DNA of 64,000 nt from NCBI GenBank assembly GCA_963675525.2, contig CAXXSL010000008.1, positions 160,001-224,000 of the forward strand, read 5' to 3'. The position numbers were made by a program, and so were the translations under genes. Under the pieces are notes generated by a model that ran no database searches, was not told the DNA's origin, and worked only from the letters and a program-made list of their open reading frames with translations. Positions 11,712 to 22,776 of the stretch are shown here, piece after piece (position 1 is the first letter of the stretch; every line of letters starts with the position of its first letter). Source of the DNA: Anaerohalosphaeraceae bacterium. Its GTDB lineage: Bacteria; Planctomycetota; Phycisphaerae; Sedimentisphaerales; Anaerohalosphaeraceae.

Positions 11712-14700
11712 ATGGTGAATAAGGCTTTGTGCGTACTTTTTACGCTGTTTCTGGGTTCACTCTCTGTCGCTGACGCACTCCAGGATGATATCGTAACGGT
11801 CGGTCTTTGGCATATGGAGAGCATTTACTACACGGCGGAAGACATCCCGATGACTGCCGACGATGATACCTGGAATCCCAGCCGTAATCATGATCTGGTA
11901 CTTTTCCGCTCGGGGCTGAATGAAACCCCGCCAACCGTCGTATCCGGCTATGCCGGAAACGCCCTGCTCTTCGAGGGCGGGCAGTTCTCCAATTGCCCTT
12001 CATTCTGGTCATCATCCTATAATGAGATCGTCGTCGATTACATCATCTATATTTCGGCGGTTCCGACAGAATTGGGGGCAGCAACGACATACCTGTTTTC
12101 GTCATCCGTTTTTGAGATGGGCCTGTGGCCCGGTTCCAGCGGTGCGACCAGCGACTTTATGCGGTTTAAAATCGTCCTTAGTTCCGGCGACCCCCTGACC
12201 CCTGAAATTGTCGTCGGCGACCTCAAGGACCGCTGGCTTCATATCGTCGGCTCCTATGACAGCAGCCGGAATTTCGTTTTTTCCATTACCGATACCACCA
12301 CCGGCATCGAACGATTAGTTACCGGCACCGGCAGCTATTCCCTGAAGGCCGCCTCCAGCGATATCACGTTTGGTTCAACGTCGCCTTCTTTGGGCAGCAA
12401 GCCCACGAATCGAAATTTTCGCGGGATGATTGATGAAGTTAAAATATCCAACAGTACGGATGTCCCGCATTATGCTTACAACCCGATTCCTGCTGATAAT
12501 TCAACCATCGTCGAAACACCCGACGTACTGGCATGGTCTCGGGGTTTGGTTGCAGAAGCCAGTGATGTTTATTTCGACGATAATCAGGCCGCTGTAACGA
12601 ATGCACTGAAACTAACCGGCGACATCGATGGCAGCACAACCGTTGACCTGCAGGACGCCGGACACATGGCGGCAACATGGCAAAACACGCCTCAATATCC
12701 GTGTGCGGACCTGGACTTTAGCGGGCTGGTTGACATGACGGACCTGCTAATGTTGATTGACGACTGGCTGGCGCCTTCGGACCCGATCTTTCTGGGCAGC
12801 ACGCCCAACGCAGCAATCACAAATCCTGATGCATCGGCCCTTAGTCCGTCTACAACCTATTACTGGCGTGTGGACAGCGCCAATTGCAACGAAATCGAAT
12901 CAGGCAATCTGTGGCAGTTTACGACCGGCCCGGCGGAGGCGACCGAACCTTATCCCGAAGACTACCAGACCGCTGTTGCAATATCATCGGATAAAGTCTC
13001 CCTAGAGTGGACACCGGGATTTGGAGCCACGTCATTTGACATTTATTTCGGTACATCCGGTTCTCCTTCTTTATTTACAAGCGTCTCTGCGACTTCGGTT
13101 GACTCACCGTCACTGCAGCCGGAAACAACCTATTATTGGCGCGTGGATTCGACGGGTCCACAGGGAACAACGAACGGCAACAACTGGCGGTTTACCACCG
13201 GCGCAATCGAAGCCATCAATCCGTCACCGGAAGACGAAGCAACCGAGATTCAATATCCCTTCGAGGGTGTTCAATTAGCGTGGACAAGCGTTTTTGAACC
13301 GGACTCTTACGAGGTTTATTTTGGTACACAGAATCCGCCGCCCTACTATGACAGTACAACCGAGATAACCATCATGAGCCCGGCGGTATCGTCGAATACA
13401 ACCTATTACTGGCGAGTGAACTGCATCAGCTCGCACGGCAACGTCACCGGCCCGGTCTGGGAGTTTAAAACGACAACACCGGCTTTCCCGACGGCCGAAG
13501 GTTTCGGACGCTTTGCCAAAGGCGGACGCGGCGGAAGCGTTTACCACGTCACCAATCTTAACGACTCCGGTACAGGCAGCCTGCGCGACGCCGTCAGCAG
13601 CAGCGACCGCACCATCGTCTTTGACGTCGGCGGACAGATTACGCTGTCTTCACGACTGGGCATTACTGCCAACCGCCTGACCATCGCCGGTCAAACCGCT
13701 CCGGGCGACGGGATATCCATTGTCGGCCCTGGTATCTCGATTGGCGCCGATGACATGATTATGCGGTATGTACGTGTGCGATACACGAATAACGCGTCTC
13801 AGGACGACGCCATGAGCCTGAACAACACCTGCTCGAATGACATCTTCGATCATATCTCGACCTCCTGGGGAACGGATGAAGTGTTCTCGATGGATCACTC
13901 CCAAAACATAACAGCTCAGTGGTGCATGATTACCGAAGGGCAAAATATTCTCGGTCACTCCAAGGGCAGTCTGCTCGAAATGCCGGTGCTGTCGATGCAT
14001 CATTGCCTCTATGCCCACAACAACGACCGCAACCCCAAGAACAAAGGCGAATTCGATTATCGCAACAACGTCGCTTATGACTGGGGCTTTGCTCCGTATA
14101 TTGCCGGCGGAGGCACCGGCGCTCAGTGTCATGCAAACTGTGTCGGTAACTACTATATTGCCGGCGACAGTACGACGACCGACGACGGCATTATGGTTAT
14201 TACCGGCAATTCCAACTATCACATGTATTTTGACGATAACCGCATCGATTCGGACCGGGACGGTATTGCCGACGGTGTGGACCTGGGTATTGCGATGCTG
14301 CAGCCGACAGCAATGCCGGATGTTGTTTCGACACCTTATAATTTCCCGCCGGTTGAAACCGATTCGCCGGAGCTGGCCTATCAGCGTGTTCTCTCACGGG
14401 TTGGCTGCTCCATCGTCCGTGACAGCGTGGATCTTCGCATCATCGACCAGGTCGTCAACCAAACCGGCGGTATCATCTACAGCTATGAAGATGTCGGAGG
14501 GCCGGGAACCCTTACCGGCGGTACCGCACCAACCGATACGGATCAGGACGGCATGCCGGATTATTGGGAAGATTCTATCACCGGCCTGAACTCCGCTGTC
14601 GCTGATAATAACGGCGACCTTAACGGGGACGGCTATACGAATCTCGAAGATTATCTGAACTGGCTGGCCGCACCGCACGCTAACGTTGAGAAAAATGAGT

Positions 14701-15641
14701 CTGTCGATATCGACTTGATAAACTACACCAGCGGATTTGATGCCGGCACTTATACGGTTTTTGACCCCGTCAACGGCGGCGTTGTTCTGCTGGGTGACGG
14801 ACATACCGCGCGGTTTACGCCGGACACTGATTTCACAGGACTGGCACAGTTCAGCTATACGATTGACAACGGAACCACGATGACTGAAGTCGTTAGCCTG
14901 CTGGTATCTGACTCGAGCATCATTCCGCCCGAGCCGCTGGCTGCACCGACAGGCCTGGTCGCCATCGGCGGCGATGATCAGGTCTCGCTGAGCTGGAACG
15001 CAAACAGCGAAGCCCATCTGGCAGGCTATAATCTCTATCGGACAACAACCTCCGGTTCGGGTTATACCCAAGTCAACAGCACATTGATCACATCAACCGC
15101 ATACACCGACTCATCGGCCTCCAACGGTACCCTATATCACTATATCCTTACGGCCGAGGGAACAGCCGGAAACGAATCTTTAGCAACACCAGAGATTTCG
15201 GCCATGCCCGAAAATACGGATGCAACCATCATCATCCAGGAAAACAGGCTCGGCTTCTGCAACGTGGATGGCACAATTGACAGCAACAACGCCGGATATA
15301 CCGGAGATGGCTTCGCAAACGGTACGAACGGAACCAGCTACGGCATCGACTGGTCGGTGAATATCGCAACCGCAGGCACCTATACCCTGACATGGCGCTA
15401 TGCCAACGGCACGACGACGGACAGACCCGGTCGTTTGCTGGTAGATGACTCTGTTGCAGTTTCCAGCATCAGTCTTGCCGGCACCGGCGGCTGGACAACG
15501 TGGGACACTGTCAGCCAAACGGTTTCTCTGACCACGGGTGTCAGGGAAATCCGACTTGAAGCCACCACCAGCAACGGGCTGGCCAATATTGATTATATCA
15601 TGATTTCCGGAGCAGACCCGCAACCGGCAAGCTGCCCGTAG
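11712..15641 (+). CDS. Modular pectate lyase (PL1-type): LamG-like, dockerin-like, YYWRVD repeats, catalytic domain, Ig-like, FN3, CBM35-like
   Basis: AFPTAEGFGRFAKGGRGG, VTNLNDSGTGSLR, TIAGQTAPGDGI, DHISTSWGTDE, RNP, DTDQDGMPDYWE; C-terminal GYTGDGFAN...WRYANG...NIDY. Start moved to ATG 11712. Confidence 0.88.
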   Translation: MVNKALCVLFTLFLGSLSVADALQDDIVTVGLWHMESIYYTAEDIPMTADDDTWNPSRNHDLVLFRSGLNETPPTVVSGYAGNALLFEGGQFSNCPSFWSSSYNEIVVDYIIYISAVPTELGAATTYLFSSSVFEMGLWPGSSGATSDFMRFKIVLSSGDPLTPEIVVGDLKDRWLHIVGSYDSSRNFVFSITDTTTGIERLVTGTGSYSLKAASSDITFGSTSPSLGSKPTNRNFRGMIDEVKISNSTDVPHYAYNPIPADNSTIVETPDVLAWSRGLVAEASDVYFDDNQAAVTNALKLTGDIDGSTTVDLQDAGHMAATWQNTPQYPCADLDFSGLVDMTDLLMLIDDWLAPSDPIFLGSTPNAAITNPDASALSPSTTYYWRVDSANCNEIESGNLWQFTTGPAEATEPYPEDYQTAVAISSDKVSLEWTPGFGATSFDIYFGTSGSPSLFTSVSATSVDSPSLQPETTYYWRVDSTGPQGTTNGNNWRFTTGAIEAINPSPEDEATEIQYPFEGVQLAWTSVFEPDSYEVYFGTQNPPPYYDSTTEITIMSPAVSSNTTYYWRVNCISSHGNVTGPVWEFKTTTPAFPTAEGFGRFAKGGRGGSVYHVTNLNDSGTGSLRDAVSSSDRTIVFDVGGQITLSSRLGITANRLTIAGQTAPGDGISIVGPGISIGADDMIMRYVRVRYTNNASQDDAMSLNNTCSNDIFDHISTSWGTDEVFSMDHSQNITAQWCMITEGQNILGHSKGSLLEMPVLSMHHCLYAHNNDRNPKNKGEFDYRNNVAYDWGFAPYIAGGGTGAQCHANCVGNYYIAGDSTTTDDGIMVITGNSNYHMYFDDNRIDSDRDGIADGVDLGIAMLQPTAMPDVVSTPYNFPPVETDSPELAYQRVLSRVGCSIVRDSVDLRIIDQVVNQTGGIIYSYEDVGGPGTLTGGTAPTDTDQDGMPDYWEDSITGLNSAVADNNGDLNGDGYTNLEDYLNWLAAPHANVEKNESVDIDLINYTSGFDAGTYTVFDPVNGGVVLLGDGHTARFTPDTDFTGLAQFSYTIDNGTTMTEVVSLLVSDSSIIPPEPLAAPTGLVAIGGDDQVSLSWNANSEAHLAGYNLYRTTTSGSGYTQVNSTLITSTAYTDSSASNGTLYHYILTAEGTAGNESLATPEISAMPENTDATIIIQENRLGFCNVDGTIDSNNAGYTGDGFANGTNGTSYGIDWSVNIATAGTYTLTWRYANGTTTDRPGRLLVDDSVAVSSISLAGTGGWTTWDTVSQTVSLTTGVREIRLEATTSNGLANIDYIMISGADPQPASCP

Positions 15642-15682
15642 CGATAGAACAATATCAAAAAATCAAATGATCGGAATACACT

Positions 15683-18370
15683 ATGGCAAACATGAAAAAA
15701 CAAAACCGGCTTTTTAACGTTCTGACGATAACAATGCTGGTGATATGCTCCGGGATTTGTCCGGTCTATGCGGCAGACTATTATGTCAGCCCGACGGGCA
15801 ACGACAGCGACAGCGGTTCTTTGGCTAATCCGTTTGCGACTATCGGCAAGGCTGTCAGCACCGTATCGGCAGGTGATACGATTTATCTGCGCGGCGGCCA
15901 GCACAATTACAGCAGCACCGTCTCCATCTCAAAAAGCGGTACATCGGGCAACCTGATCACCCTACAGGCTTATCAGGATGAAGTGCCTGTGATTGATTTT
16001 ACCGCCACCGGAACCGGCACCCGGGGTATCGATCTCGGCGGCAGCTATTGGCACTTCTATGATTTCATCATTCAGTATGCCGGAGATAACGGACTGTATA
16101 TCGATGGTACAAACAATACAGTCGAATTAATCACCGCCCGCTGGAACGAGGATTCCGGGATACAACTGCATACCGGAGCTGCTGATAATTTGATTTTAAA
16201 TTGTGATTCCTATGAAAATTATGACCCCGGCAATCACGGCGAGAATGCGGACGGTTTTGCCACAAAATTCGGTCTGGGGACAGGCAATATCTTACGCGGC
16301 TGCCGGTCATGGAGTAATTCGGACGACGGGTATGACTGCTGGAATACAACCCCGCCCAGCGAGGCCGTCACCTTCGACCATTGCTGGGCATTTCGAAACG
16401 GCATCAATACATGGGGCGATACGGCTTTTGCCGGCGACGGAAACGGCTTTAAGCTGGGAGCAGGAGTCGGCGCTCATCTGCTGATTAACTGCGTAGCCTA
16501 CGAGAATCCACATCACGGGATCGACATCAATGGGAACACAGAAGGTGTGACGGTTTATAATTGTACCTGCGTTGGAAACGGGGGCACAAATTTTTACTTT
16601 GATGAACCTTCTTCCGCAAACGTACTGCGTAATAACGTGTCACATCTCGGTTCCGTCAACATTTATCCTGAAATTGATGATGCATATAATTCATGGAACG
16701 GTTTCACCCTCGACGACACCGATTTTGTCAGTCTGGACTCGACGGGAATCGACGGCCCGCGCGAATCGGATGGCTCGCTGCCGAGTCTGAGTTTTCTTCG
16801 TCCTTCCACCGGCAGTGCTTTGATTGATGCAGGAATCGATGTTGGATTACCGTATGAAGGTGCTGCTCCCGACCTGGGGGCCTATGAATATACCGGGACC
16901 GACTTCCCACCGGCGGCACCGACGGGACTTGCAGCAACCGCCGGCGAAGGAACAATTACGCTTGACTGGAATGACAACAGCGAAAGTGATCTCGACGGCT
17001 ATAACGTTTACCGTTCGACCACATCCGGCAGTGGTTATGTAAAACAGAATGGTTCATTGTTAAGCACGTCCGACTATACCGACAACAGCGTAACTAACAA
17101 CACGACCTATTACTATGTTGTAACAGCAGTGGATGTCAACAGTAACGAGTCGGGTTATTCAATCGAAGATTCAGCTACACCCGGTGACTTTACGCCTCCT
17201 GCGGTGCCTGCAGGGGTAACGGCCGCAGCGGATGATAAAATCGTTTGGGTCGAATGGGACGATAACAGCGAGTCCGATCTGGCAGGTTATAACATCTATC
17301 GCTCAATCACCTCCGGCAGCGGATACGTCAAACTGAACAGTGTCCTTTTGACCAGCCCGGACTACAACGACAGCATCGTCGCCAATACAATAACCTACTA
17401 TTATGTCGTTACCGCAGTGGATACATCTTCGAATGAATCGGCGTATTCAAGTGAAGTATCAGCAACGCCAGCAGTGTACGGCGATTTCATAATCAACGGC
17501 ACCGTCGATGAGGAGGACCTGGATTACCTGGTTGGCCTATGGCTGGAAAATGATTGTGGACTTTCCGGAACAGTGGACCTGGACGATAACTGCATCGTGA
17601 ACCTCTACGAATTTTCAGCGTTCGCCCTGAACTGGTTGATCATGGAAGACGACGTAACGCCGCCGACGGCGCCGACCGGGCTGGCTGCGACGGCCGGGGA
17701 CGGAACGGTTTCGCTGGATTGGAATGACAACACTGAAGGTGATTTAAGCTACTACAATATCTACCGGTCGACAACCTCAGGCAGCTATGGTGCAGCGCTG
17801 GCCACTAGTTTGACACAGAGTGCCTTCACCGACAACACTGTCAGCAACGGAACAACGTATTACTATGTTGTAACGGCCGTTGATACATCAACCAATGAAT
17901 CGGACAACTCGAATCAAGATTCGGCAACGCCCGAATCGCCGATCACAAGTATTACCATACAGGAAGACGAAACCGGTTACTGCGGTGTTGATGACGGCGG
18001 CAGTGTTGACAATAACAACGCCGGGTTTACGGGCACCGGGTTTGTCAATACTGAAAATGCCGTCGGTGAAGGAATCAACTGGAGTGTGAATATCAGCACC
18101 GCCGGCACCTATATCTTTGAATGGAGATATGCCAACTCGGGTAATGACCGGCCCGGCAATTTGATTATAAACAGCACAACAGAAGTATCAGGAATCAGTT
18201 TCCCAGGCACCGGCAGCTGGACGACATGGGATACTACGACGGCTGTTGAAGTGACATTAACTGCGGGGGTCAAAGATATACGTCTTGAGGCAACCAGCAG
18301 TTCCGGATTGGCCAATATCGACTATATCATGATTTCCGGAGCAAATCCGCAAGCGGCAAGCTGTCCATAA
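15683..18370 (+). CDS. Modular PL9-type pectate/rhamnogalacturonan lyase with 3 FN3 domains, dockerin-like module and CBM35-like domain
   Basis: YYVSPTGND, IYLRGG, ENADGFATK, NSDDGYD, GDGNGFKLG; FN3 YYYVVTAVD x3. Confidence 0.88.
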   Translation: MANMKKQNRLFNVLTITMLVICSGICPVYAADYYVSPTGNDSDSGSLANPFATIGKAVSTVSAGDTIYLRGGQHNYSSTVSISKSGTSGNLITLQAYQDEVPVIDFTATGTGTRGIDLGGSYWHFYDFIIQYAGDNGLYIDGTNNTVELITARWNEDSGIQLHTGAADNLILNCDSYENYDPGNHGENADGFATKFGLGTGNILRGCRSWSNSDDGYDCWNTTPPSEAVTFDHCWAFRNGINTWGDTAFAGDGNGFKLGAGVGAHLLINCVAYENPHHGIDINGNTEGVTVYNCTCVGNGGTNFYFDEPSSANVLRNNVSHLGSVNIYPEIDDAYNSWNGFTLDDTDFVSLDSTGIDGPRESDGSLPSLSFLRPSTGSALIDAGIDVGLPYEGAAPDLGAYEYTGTDFPPAAPTGLAATAGEGTITLDWNDNSESDLDGYNVYRSTTSGSGYVKQNGSLLSTSDYTDNSVTNNTTYYYVVTAVDVNSNESGYSIEDSATPGDFTPPAVPAGVTAAADDKIVWVEWDDNSESDLAGYNIYRSITSGSGYVKLNSVLLTSPDYNDSIVANTITYYYVVTAVDTSSNESAYSSEVSATPAVYGDFIINGTVDEEDLDYLVGLWLENDCGLSGTVDLDDNCIVNLYEFSAFALNWLIMEDDVTPPTAPTGLAATAGDGTVSLDWNDNTEGDLSYYNIYRSTTSGSYGAALATSLTQSAFTDNTVSNGTTYYYVVTAVDTSTNESDNSNQDSATPESPITSITIQEDETGYCGVDDGGSVDNNNAGFTGTGFVNTENAVGEGINWSVNISTAGTYIFEWRYANSGNDRPGNLIINSTTEVSGISFPGTGSWTTWDTTTAVEVTLTAGVKDIRLEATSSSGLANIDYIMISGANPQAASCP

Positions 18371-18463
18371 TGCAAAAATGATTTCAAAAGCGGGAATCTG
18401 AATCAGGGCGATTTTCTGCCCCGGCCGACAATTGGCTGAGATAAAAATACAGTAAAACAAGGC

Positions 18464-20449
18464 ATGAAAGAAGCAGGACATGTGAAAAAGTTATCCCTCA
18501 TCGTCCTATGTGTGTTCTTATTACTGATAAAAGTCTCGACTTCGCAGGCTGAGTCTGTGGCCATCGCGTCTCAGGGTAAATGCGTGTGCATGGATTTGAC
18601 CAACCCCGCCACGGCAGATACAGTTCAGACAGACTCAAGGCTGAAGACTCGCAGTTCAACCAATACCAACTACAAATCGTGGCTGCAGTTTGACCTCAAT
18701 GCTGTTTATGCCGCCAATCCGGACATGAAAGGTCACATCAAAAGCGCGATGCTGACGTTCACCGGAACTGCCGATAACACACAAGCCAAACCATATGTCG
18801 TCAATGGCCTGAACGATGCAGCAGGCATGGAGAATTGGAATCCGGCTAATCTGACATGGAACAATGCTCCGGGCAACAACATCGCAGACTCGTACCTCGA
18901 CCCGTCTGTCACAACGGCGAACCTGTACAGCGGTATTATTCAACCCGGCGACGGCGTGATGGACAGTCATAGCTCGACTGCTCTTGTGTCATTTCTAAAT
19001 ACGGACAACGACGGGCTTGTCACTTTCATTATGACACCCGGCTGGACAGCGTACTTCTACAATGCCGGCTCGATACATCCGCCTACGTTGAAGCTCTCGA
19101 TGACCCCGGGGGCCTATGACAAGACATATTTTGTCGCCACAGATGGAAATGACAACAACGATGGTTCTATAGACCATCCTTTTGCATCAATTCCCAAAGC
19201 CGTAAGCCTTGTTTCAGAAGGCGATGCTATTTATCTTCGCGGCGGTACACACAATTATTCAGCCACTATTACAATTTCCTTAAGCGGAGCATCAGGAAAT
19301 CTCAATACATTGCAGAATTATCAGGACGAGACGGTCGTTCTGGATTTCTCGGCCCAGCCCTATGAGAGTGGTTACAAAGGAATAAACCTGAAAGCCAGTT
19401 ACTGGCATTTTAAGGGGTTTACTGTTCAATACACAGACTCGACTGGGATAAATGTTACAGGATCGCACAATATTATGGAGCAACTGGTTACGCTTCACAA
19501 CGGTGATACGGGACTTGGTTTATCCCATCCGGCTTCTTACAATCAGGTGATAAACTGTGATTCTTTTTTTAATTACGATCCGGAAGAAAACGGACAGGAT
19601 GCCGATGGTTTCGCCGCTAAAGGTCCCACTGATTCTTTGCCGGGTGAGGGTCTTGGCCCGGGCAATGTTTTCCGCGGCTGCCGGGCATGGAACAACTCTG
19701 ATGACGGTTTTGATTTCTGGTGGGCCGGCAATGGGGTTACGGTTGAGGATTGCTGGGCATGGCGCAACGGCGAGAATGTCTGGGGTGACCCGAATTTTAC
19801 TGGAAATGCCAATGGTTTTAAACTGGGACAAGGGGGCGGCGAGCATATATTAATTCGATGCTTGGCCTACGACCATCCTAAAAAAGGATTTGACCTTAAC
19901 CGGTCTACAACAGATGCAACAGGAGTTACCCTTTATAATTGTACCGGTGTAAACAACCTCTATGGAAATTTTTATTTCCCGAGTCCTACGACCGGCGCGA
20001 TTCATGTTTTGCGAAACAATATTTCATATTTGGGTTCAGTATCAATTGGTGGCCTGATTTTCAATTCGCATAACACCTGGAATAGTGGGTTTTCAGTCAG
20101 TGCTGCGGATTTTGCGAGTCTGGACTCGACCGGAATCGACGGCCCGCGCGAATCGGATGGCAACTTACCCAAACTGGCTTTTGTTCGACTTTCTCCGGAC
20201 AGTTTGCTGATTGATGCGGGAACCGATGTAAATGAGCCATATTATGGTAATGCGCCTGACTTAGGAGCATTTGAATATATAAACGGCGATTGCCAACCAG
20301 ATGGAGACGTTGACTGGGCTGATTTGCAGTGTCTTTCCGAAAACTGGCTGGATATCGATTGCGGTTATTGCAGCGGCGCCGATTTCAGCGGCGACGGAAA
20401 AATAAACTTCTATGATTTTGTGATAATGGCGGAGAACTGGCTGAAATAA
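18464..20449 (+). CDS. PL9-type lyase with N-terminal DNRLRE-like domain and C-terminal dockerin-like module
   Basis: KSWLQFDL...LTWNNAP; DADGFAAK, NSDDGFD, NANGFKLG; GDCQPDGDVDWAD...ADFSGDGKINFYDF...ENWL. Confidence 0.85.
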   Translation: MKEAGHVKKLSLIVLCVFLLLIKVSTSQAESVAIASQGKCVCMDLTNPATADTVQTDSRLKTRSSTNTNYKSWLQFDLNAVYAANPDMKGHIKSAMLTFTGTADNTQAKPYVVNGLNDAAGMENWNPANLTWNNAPGNNIADSYLDPSVTTANLYSGIIQPGDGVMDSHSSTALVSFLNTDNDGLVTFIMTPGWTAYFYNAGSIHPPTLKLSMTPGAYDKTYFVATDGNDNNDGSIDHPFASIPKAVSLVSEGDAIYLRGGTHNYSATITISLSGASGNLNTLQNYQDETVVLDFSAQPYESGYKGINLKASYWHFKGFTVQYTDSTGINVTGSHNIMEQLVTLHNGDTGLGLSHPASYNQVINCDSFFNYDPEENGQDADGFAAKGPTDSLPGEGLGPGNVFRGCRAWNNSDDGFDFWWAGNGVTVEDCWAWRNGENVWGDPNFTGNANGFKLGQGGGEHILIRCLAYDHPKKGFDLNRSTTDATGVTLYNCTGVNNLYGNFYFPSPTTGAIHVLRNNISYLGSVSIGGLIFNSHNTWNSGFSVSAADFASLDSTGIDGPRESDGNLPKLAFVRLSPDSLLIDAGTDVNEPYYGNAPDLGAFEYINGDCQPDGDVDWADLQCLSENWLDIDCGYCSGADFSGDGKINFYDFVIMAENWLK

Positions 20450-20452
20450 AAA

Positions 20453-21016
20453 TCATTTTATCATCTTCATTGGATAGGTTTTTAGTTCTTTTGCCAGCGG
20501 CTTCGCCCGGCCGTGACAGTATCGATCCAGCCGGGACCAGAAGTTTTTGCTGTGGTTCTTGTGACGGATGTGGCATAATTCATGCAATAAAATGTAATCC
20601 TGCAGGTGCGGCGGAAGAAATGCGATGTTGATATTCAGGCTGATATTGTTTTGGCCGGAGCAACTGCCCCACCGGGTCTTTTGACAGCGAAACGAAGCCT
20701 TTTTGTAAGGCAGGTCATATTTTTTGGAAAAGCGCTCCAACCGGCCAAACAATTCATCCTGTGCCGTATTGAGCTGGTCCTGAGACAACTCCGGCAGAGC
20801 CTGTTGACGTTGCTCAGTTTCCTGAATCTTGCGAAGATGTTTTTGAATCCATGCCAGTTTGGACCGGGCAAATTCCTCCGCCCGTTCAAGGGAAAGCTTT
20901 CCGGGAACCGTCACCGTAACCGCCTGCGTCGAATGGACGGTAACTCGCAAATTCTTTGCCCGCCTTGAACGACGATAAGAAATGTTTACGCCATTAATAG
21001 TACTTTTTCCATTCAT
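20453..21016 (-). CDS. M48/YgjP-like zinc metallopeptidase-domain protein (DUF45)
   Basis: QKTRWGSCS, DYILLHELCH, NHSKNFW. Start moved to ATG 21016. Confidence 0.88.
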   Translation of the reverse strand: MNGKSTINGVNISYRRSRRAKNLRVTVHSTQAVTVTVPGKLSLERAEEFARSKLAWIQKHLRKIQETEQRQQALPELSQDQLNTAQDELFGRLERFSKKYDLPYKKASFRCQKTRWGSCSGQNNISLNINIAFLPPHLQDYILLHELCHIRHKNHSKNFWSRLDRYCHGRAKPLAKELKTYPMKMIK

Positions 21017-22038
21017 TTTATTTCCAAGTAGCATATAACCATTCGATGGTCAGAGTGCTTTGCCTTTCTTGCAAAAACTGATACAGGTTTGAAATCTCGG
21101 CTTGCCCATATCTGATCAACCCTGAAAAGGGGAACGGAATTAAGCGCCGTATGTCCCCAGCCAATTCCGCCTTGACTAAAAGTATCCGACAAAAAAGGCT
21201 TCAAGGCTCGCAAGCAACCATCGTCGGCAGGAACGTTAAAGTCTCCTCCCAGAATAACGGGTATATGACCAGGACGTTGATTGATTTGTTCTACTATTTG
21301 TTCAATCTGCTTTCGTCTCAATTCTCGATCTTTCTTATGACCTATCCAGCTGTGTCGAGACAAAATATTGATGTCTATCATAGGAGGTTTTAGTCGAATA
21401 CAATTTACTTCGAGTTTATAACCGGACTCCAATCGAACTTGTGCTTGTGTCATAAAAATATTTTGAGGTTTCGGAAGAGAGATTTCTTCGAGCTGCCCTC
21501 TGACAATTATTGTGGCATCAGGCCCATATGCAATAGCAACATCCCCCTCGAACATTTCCTCCACACAAAATTCAATCTCTTCTTTGCTGGAAGGCGTCTC
21601 CTGAAGTAAAATGATGTCAGGATTGTATGACAGCGTTTCACGAAATGCCTCTATATTACCGCCAGCACAGTTTAATGAGATGATAGTAATTCTTTTATTC
21701 TCGGGTAGACTTTCCCACTTTGAATTCGAAACATAGAGGCCTCTGAAAAGACTTCGAGGCTCTTCCGCAAAGATAAGAATAAAAACAAGCCAACATATAA
21801 TCAAAGTGATATGAATGTATTTTTTGTATAACAAACAGCCCATGGAGAGTGTTATACCAAATAATCCCCACGTCCAAGCTGGAAAGAAAGTCAATGCCGC
21901 ACAAGTATCTGGTTTGAATAGATAACAGATGAGTATCTCAACGAACAATATCATCGAAAAAACAGATGTTATCTTTCCGATCCAGATAAGAAAAGCTTTT
22001 TCGCGTGTATTATACGTTGACCTATCACTTGCTTTCAT
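21013..22038 (-). CDS. Membrane-anchored endonuclease/exonuclease/phosphatase family protein
   Basis: N-terminal TM helices; DIILLQE, ILGGDFN, RVDQIW, SDHRMV. Confidence 0.85.
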   Translation of the reverse strand: MKASDRSTYNTREKAFLIWIGKITSVFSMILFVEILICYLFKPDTCAALTFFPAWTWGLFGITLSMGCLLYKKYIHITLIICWLVFILIFAEEPRSLFRGLYVSNSKWESLPENKRITIISLNCAGGNIEAFRETLSYNPDIILLQETPSSKEEIEFCVEEMFEGDVAIAYGPDATIIVRGQLEEISLPKPQNIFMTQAQVRLESGYKLEVNCIRLKPPMIDINILSRHSWIGHKKDRELRRKQIEQIVEQINQRPGHIPVILGGDFNVPADDGCLRALKPFLSDTFSQGGIGWGHTALNSVPLFRVDQIWASRDFKPVSVFARKAKHSDHRMVICYLEIK

Positions 22039-22039
22039 T

Positions 22040-22753
22040 TTATTTTGCGGCTTCGAGAGCGTCGGTTAGGGTGATGGTACCTTCGTAGAGCGCCCGGCCG
22101 ATAATGGCACCGGCGACACCGGCGGCCTTGAGAGTTTTAACATCTTCAACAGTCGTCACGCCGCCGGCGGCGACGATCGGCAAATCCACAGCCTCAACCA
22201 ATTGTTTCGTTCGTTCGATATTCGGTCCGGCCAGCATTCCGTCCTTGCTGATATCCGTATAGATGATCGCGTCCAGCGGCAAGGCCGCCGCTTGTTTGGC
22301 AAAATCCAGAACACTGTGCGAACCCTGCTCCAGCCAGCCTTCGGTCGCCACCGTACTGCCGCGGGCATCCAGTCCCAACACCAGCCGGTTCGGATATTTG
22401 CGGGCCATTTCACAGAACCAGTCAAATTTCTTGATGGCGCTGCTGCCGAGAATCAGCCGGGTCACGCCCGCATCCAGCATTTTGACAATCGCCTCTTCGT
22501 TGCGAATCCCACCGCCTAATTCGATCTTCATCGGCACATACCCGGCGATATCTGCCACAATCTCGGCATTCATCGGCTTGCCGAGCTTGGCCCCGTCCAG
22601 ATCGACTATATGCAGCCACGTCGCCCCGGCCTCGTGAAACTCTCTGGCCTGCCGAATGGGATTATCCTGGTAAGTAATCTTCTTGTGATATTCGCCCTGA
22701 ACCAGACGTACGCATTTTCCGTCAATCAAATCGATAGCGGGTAAAATATCCAT
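22040..22753 (-). CDS. hisA: ProFAR isomerase
   Basis: ILPAIDLIDGKCVRLVQG, HIVDLDGA, GGGIR, YTDISKDGML. Confidence 0.97.
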   Translation of the reverse strand: MDILPAIDLIDGKCVRLVQGEYHKKITYQDNPIRQAREFHEAGATWLHIVDLDGAKLGKPMNAEIVADIAGYVPMKIELGGGIRNEEAIVKMLDAGVTRLILGSSAIKKFDWFCEMARKYPNRLVLGLDARGSTVATEGWLEQGSHSVLDFAKQAAALPLDAIIYTDISKDGMLAGPNIERTKQLVEAVDLPIVAAGGVTTVEDVKTLKAAGVAGAIIGRALYEGTITLTDALEAAK

Positions 22754-22776
22754 TTCATCTTCCCTGTTTTAAATGG

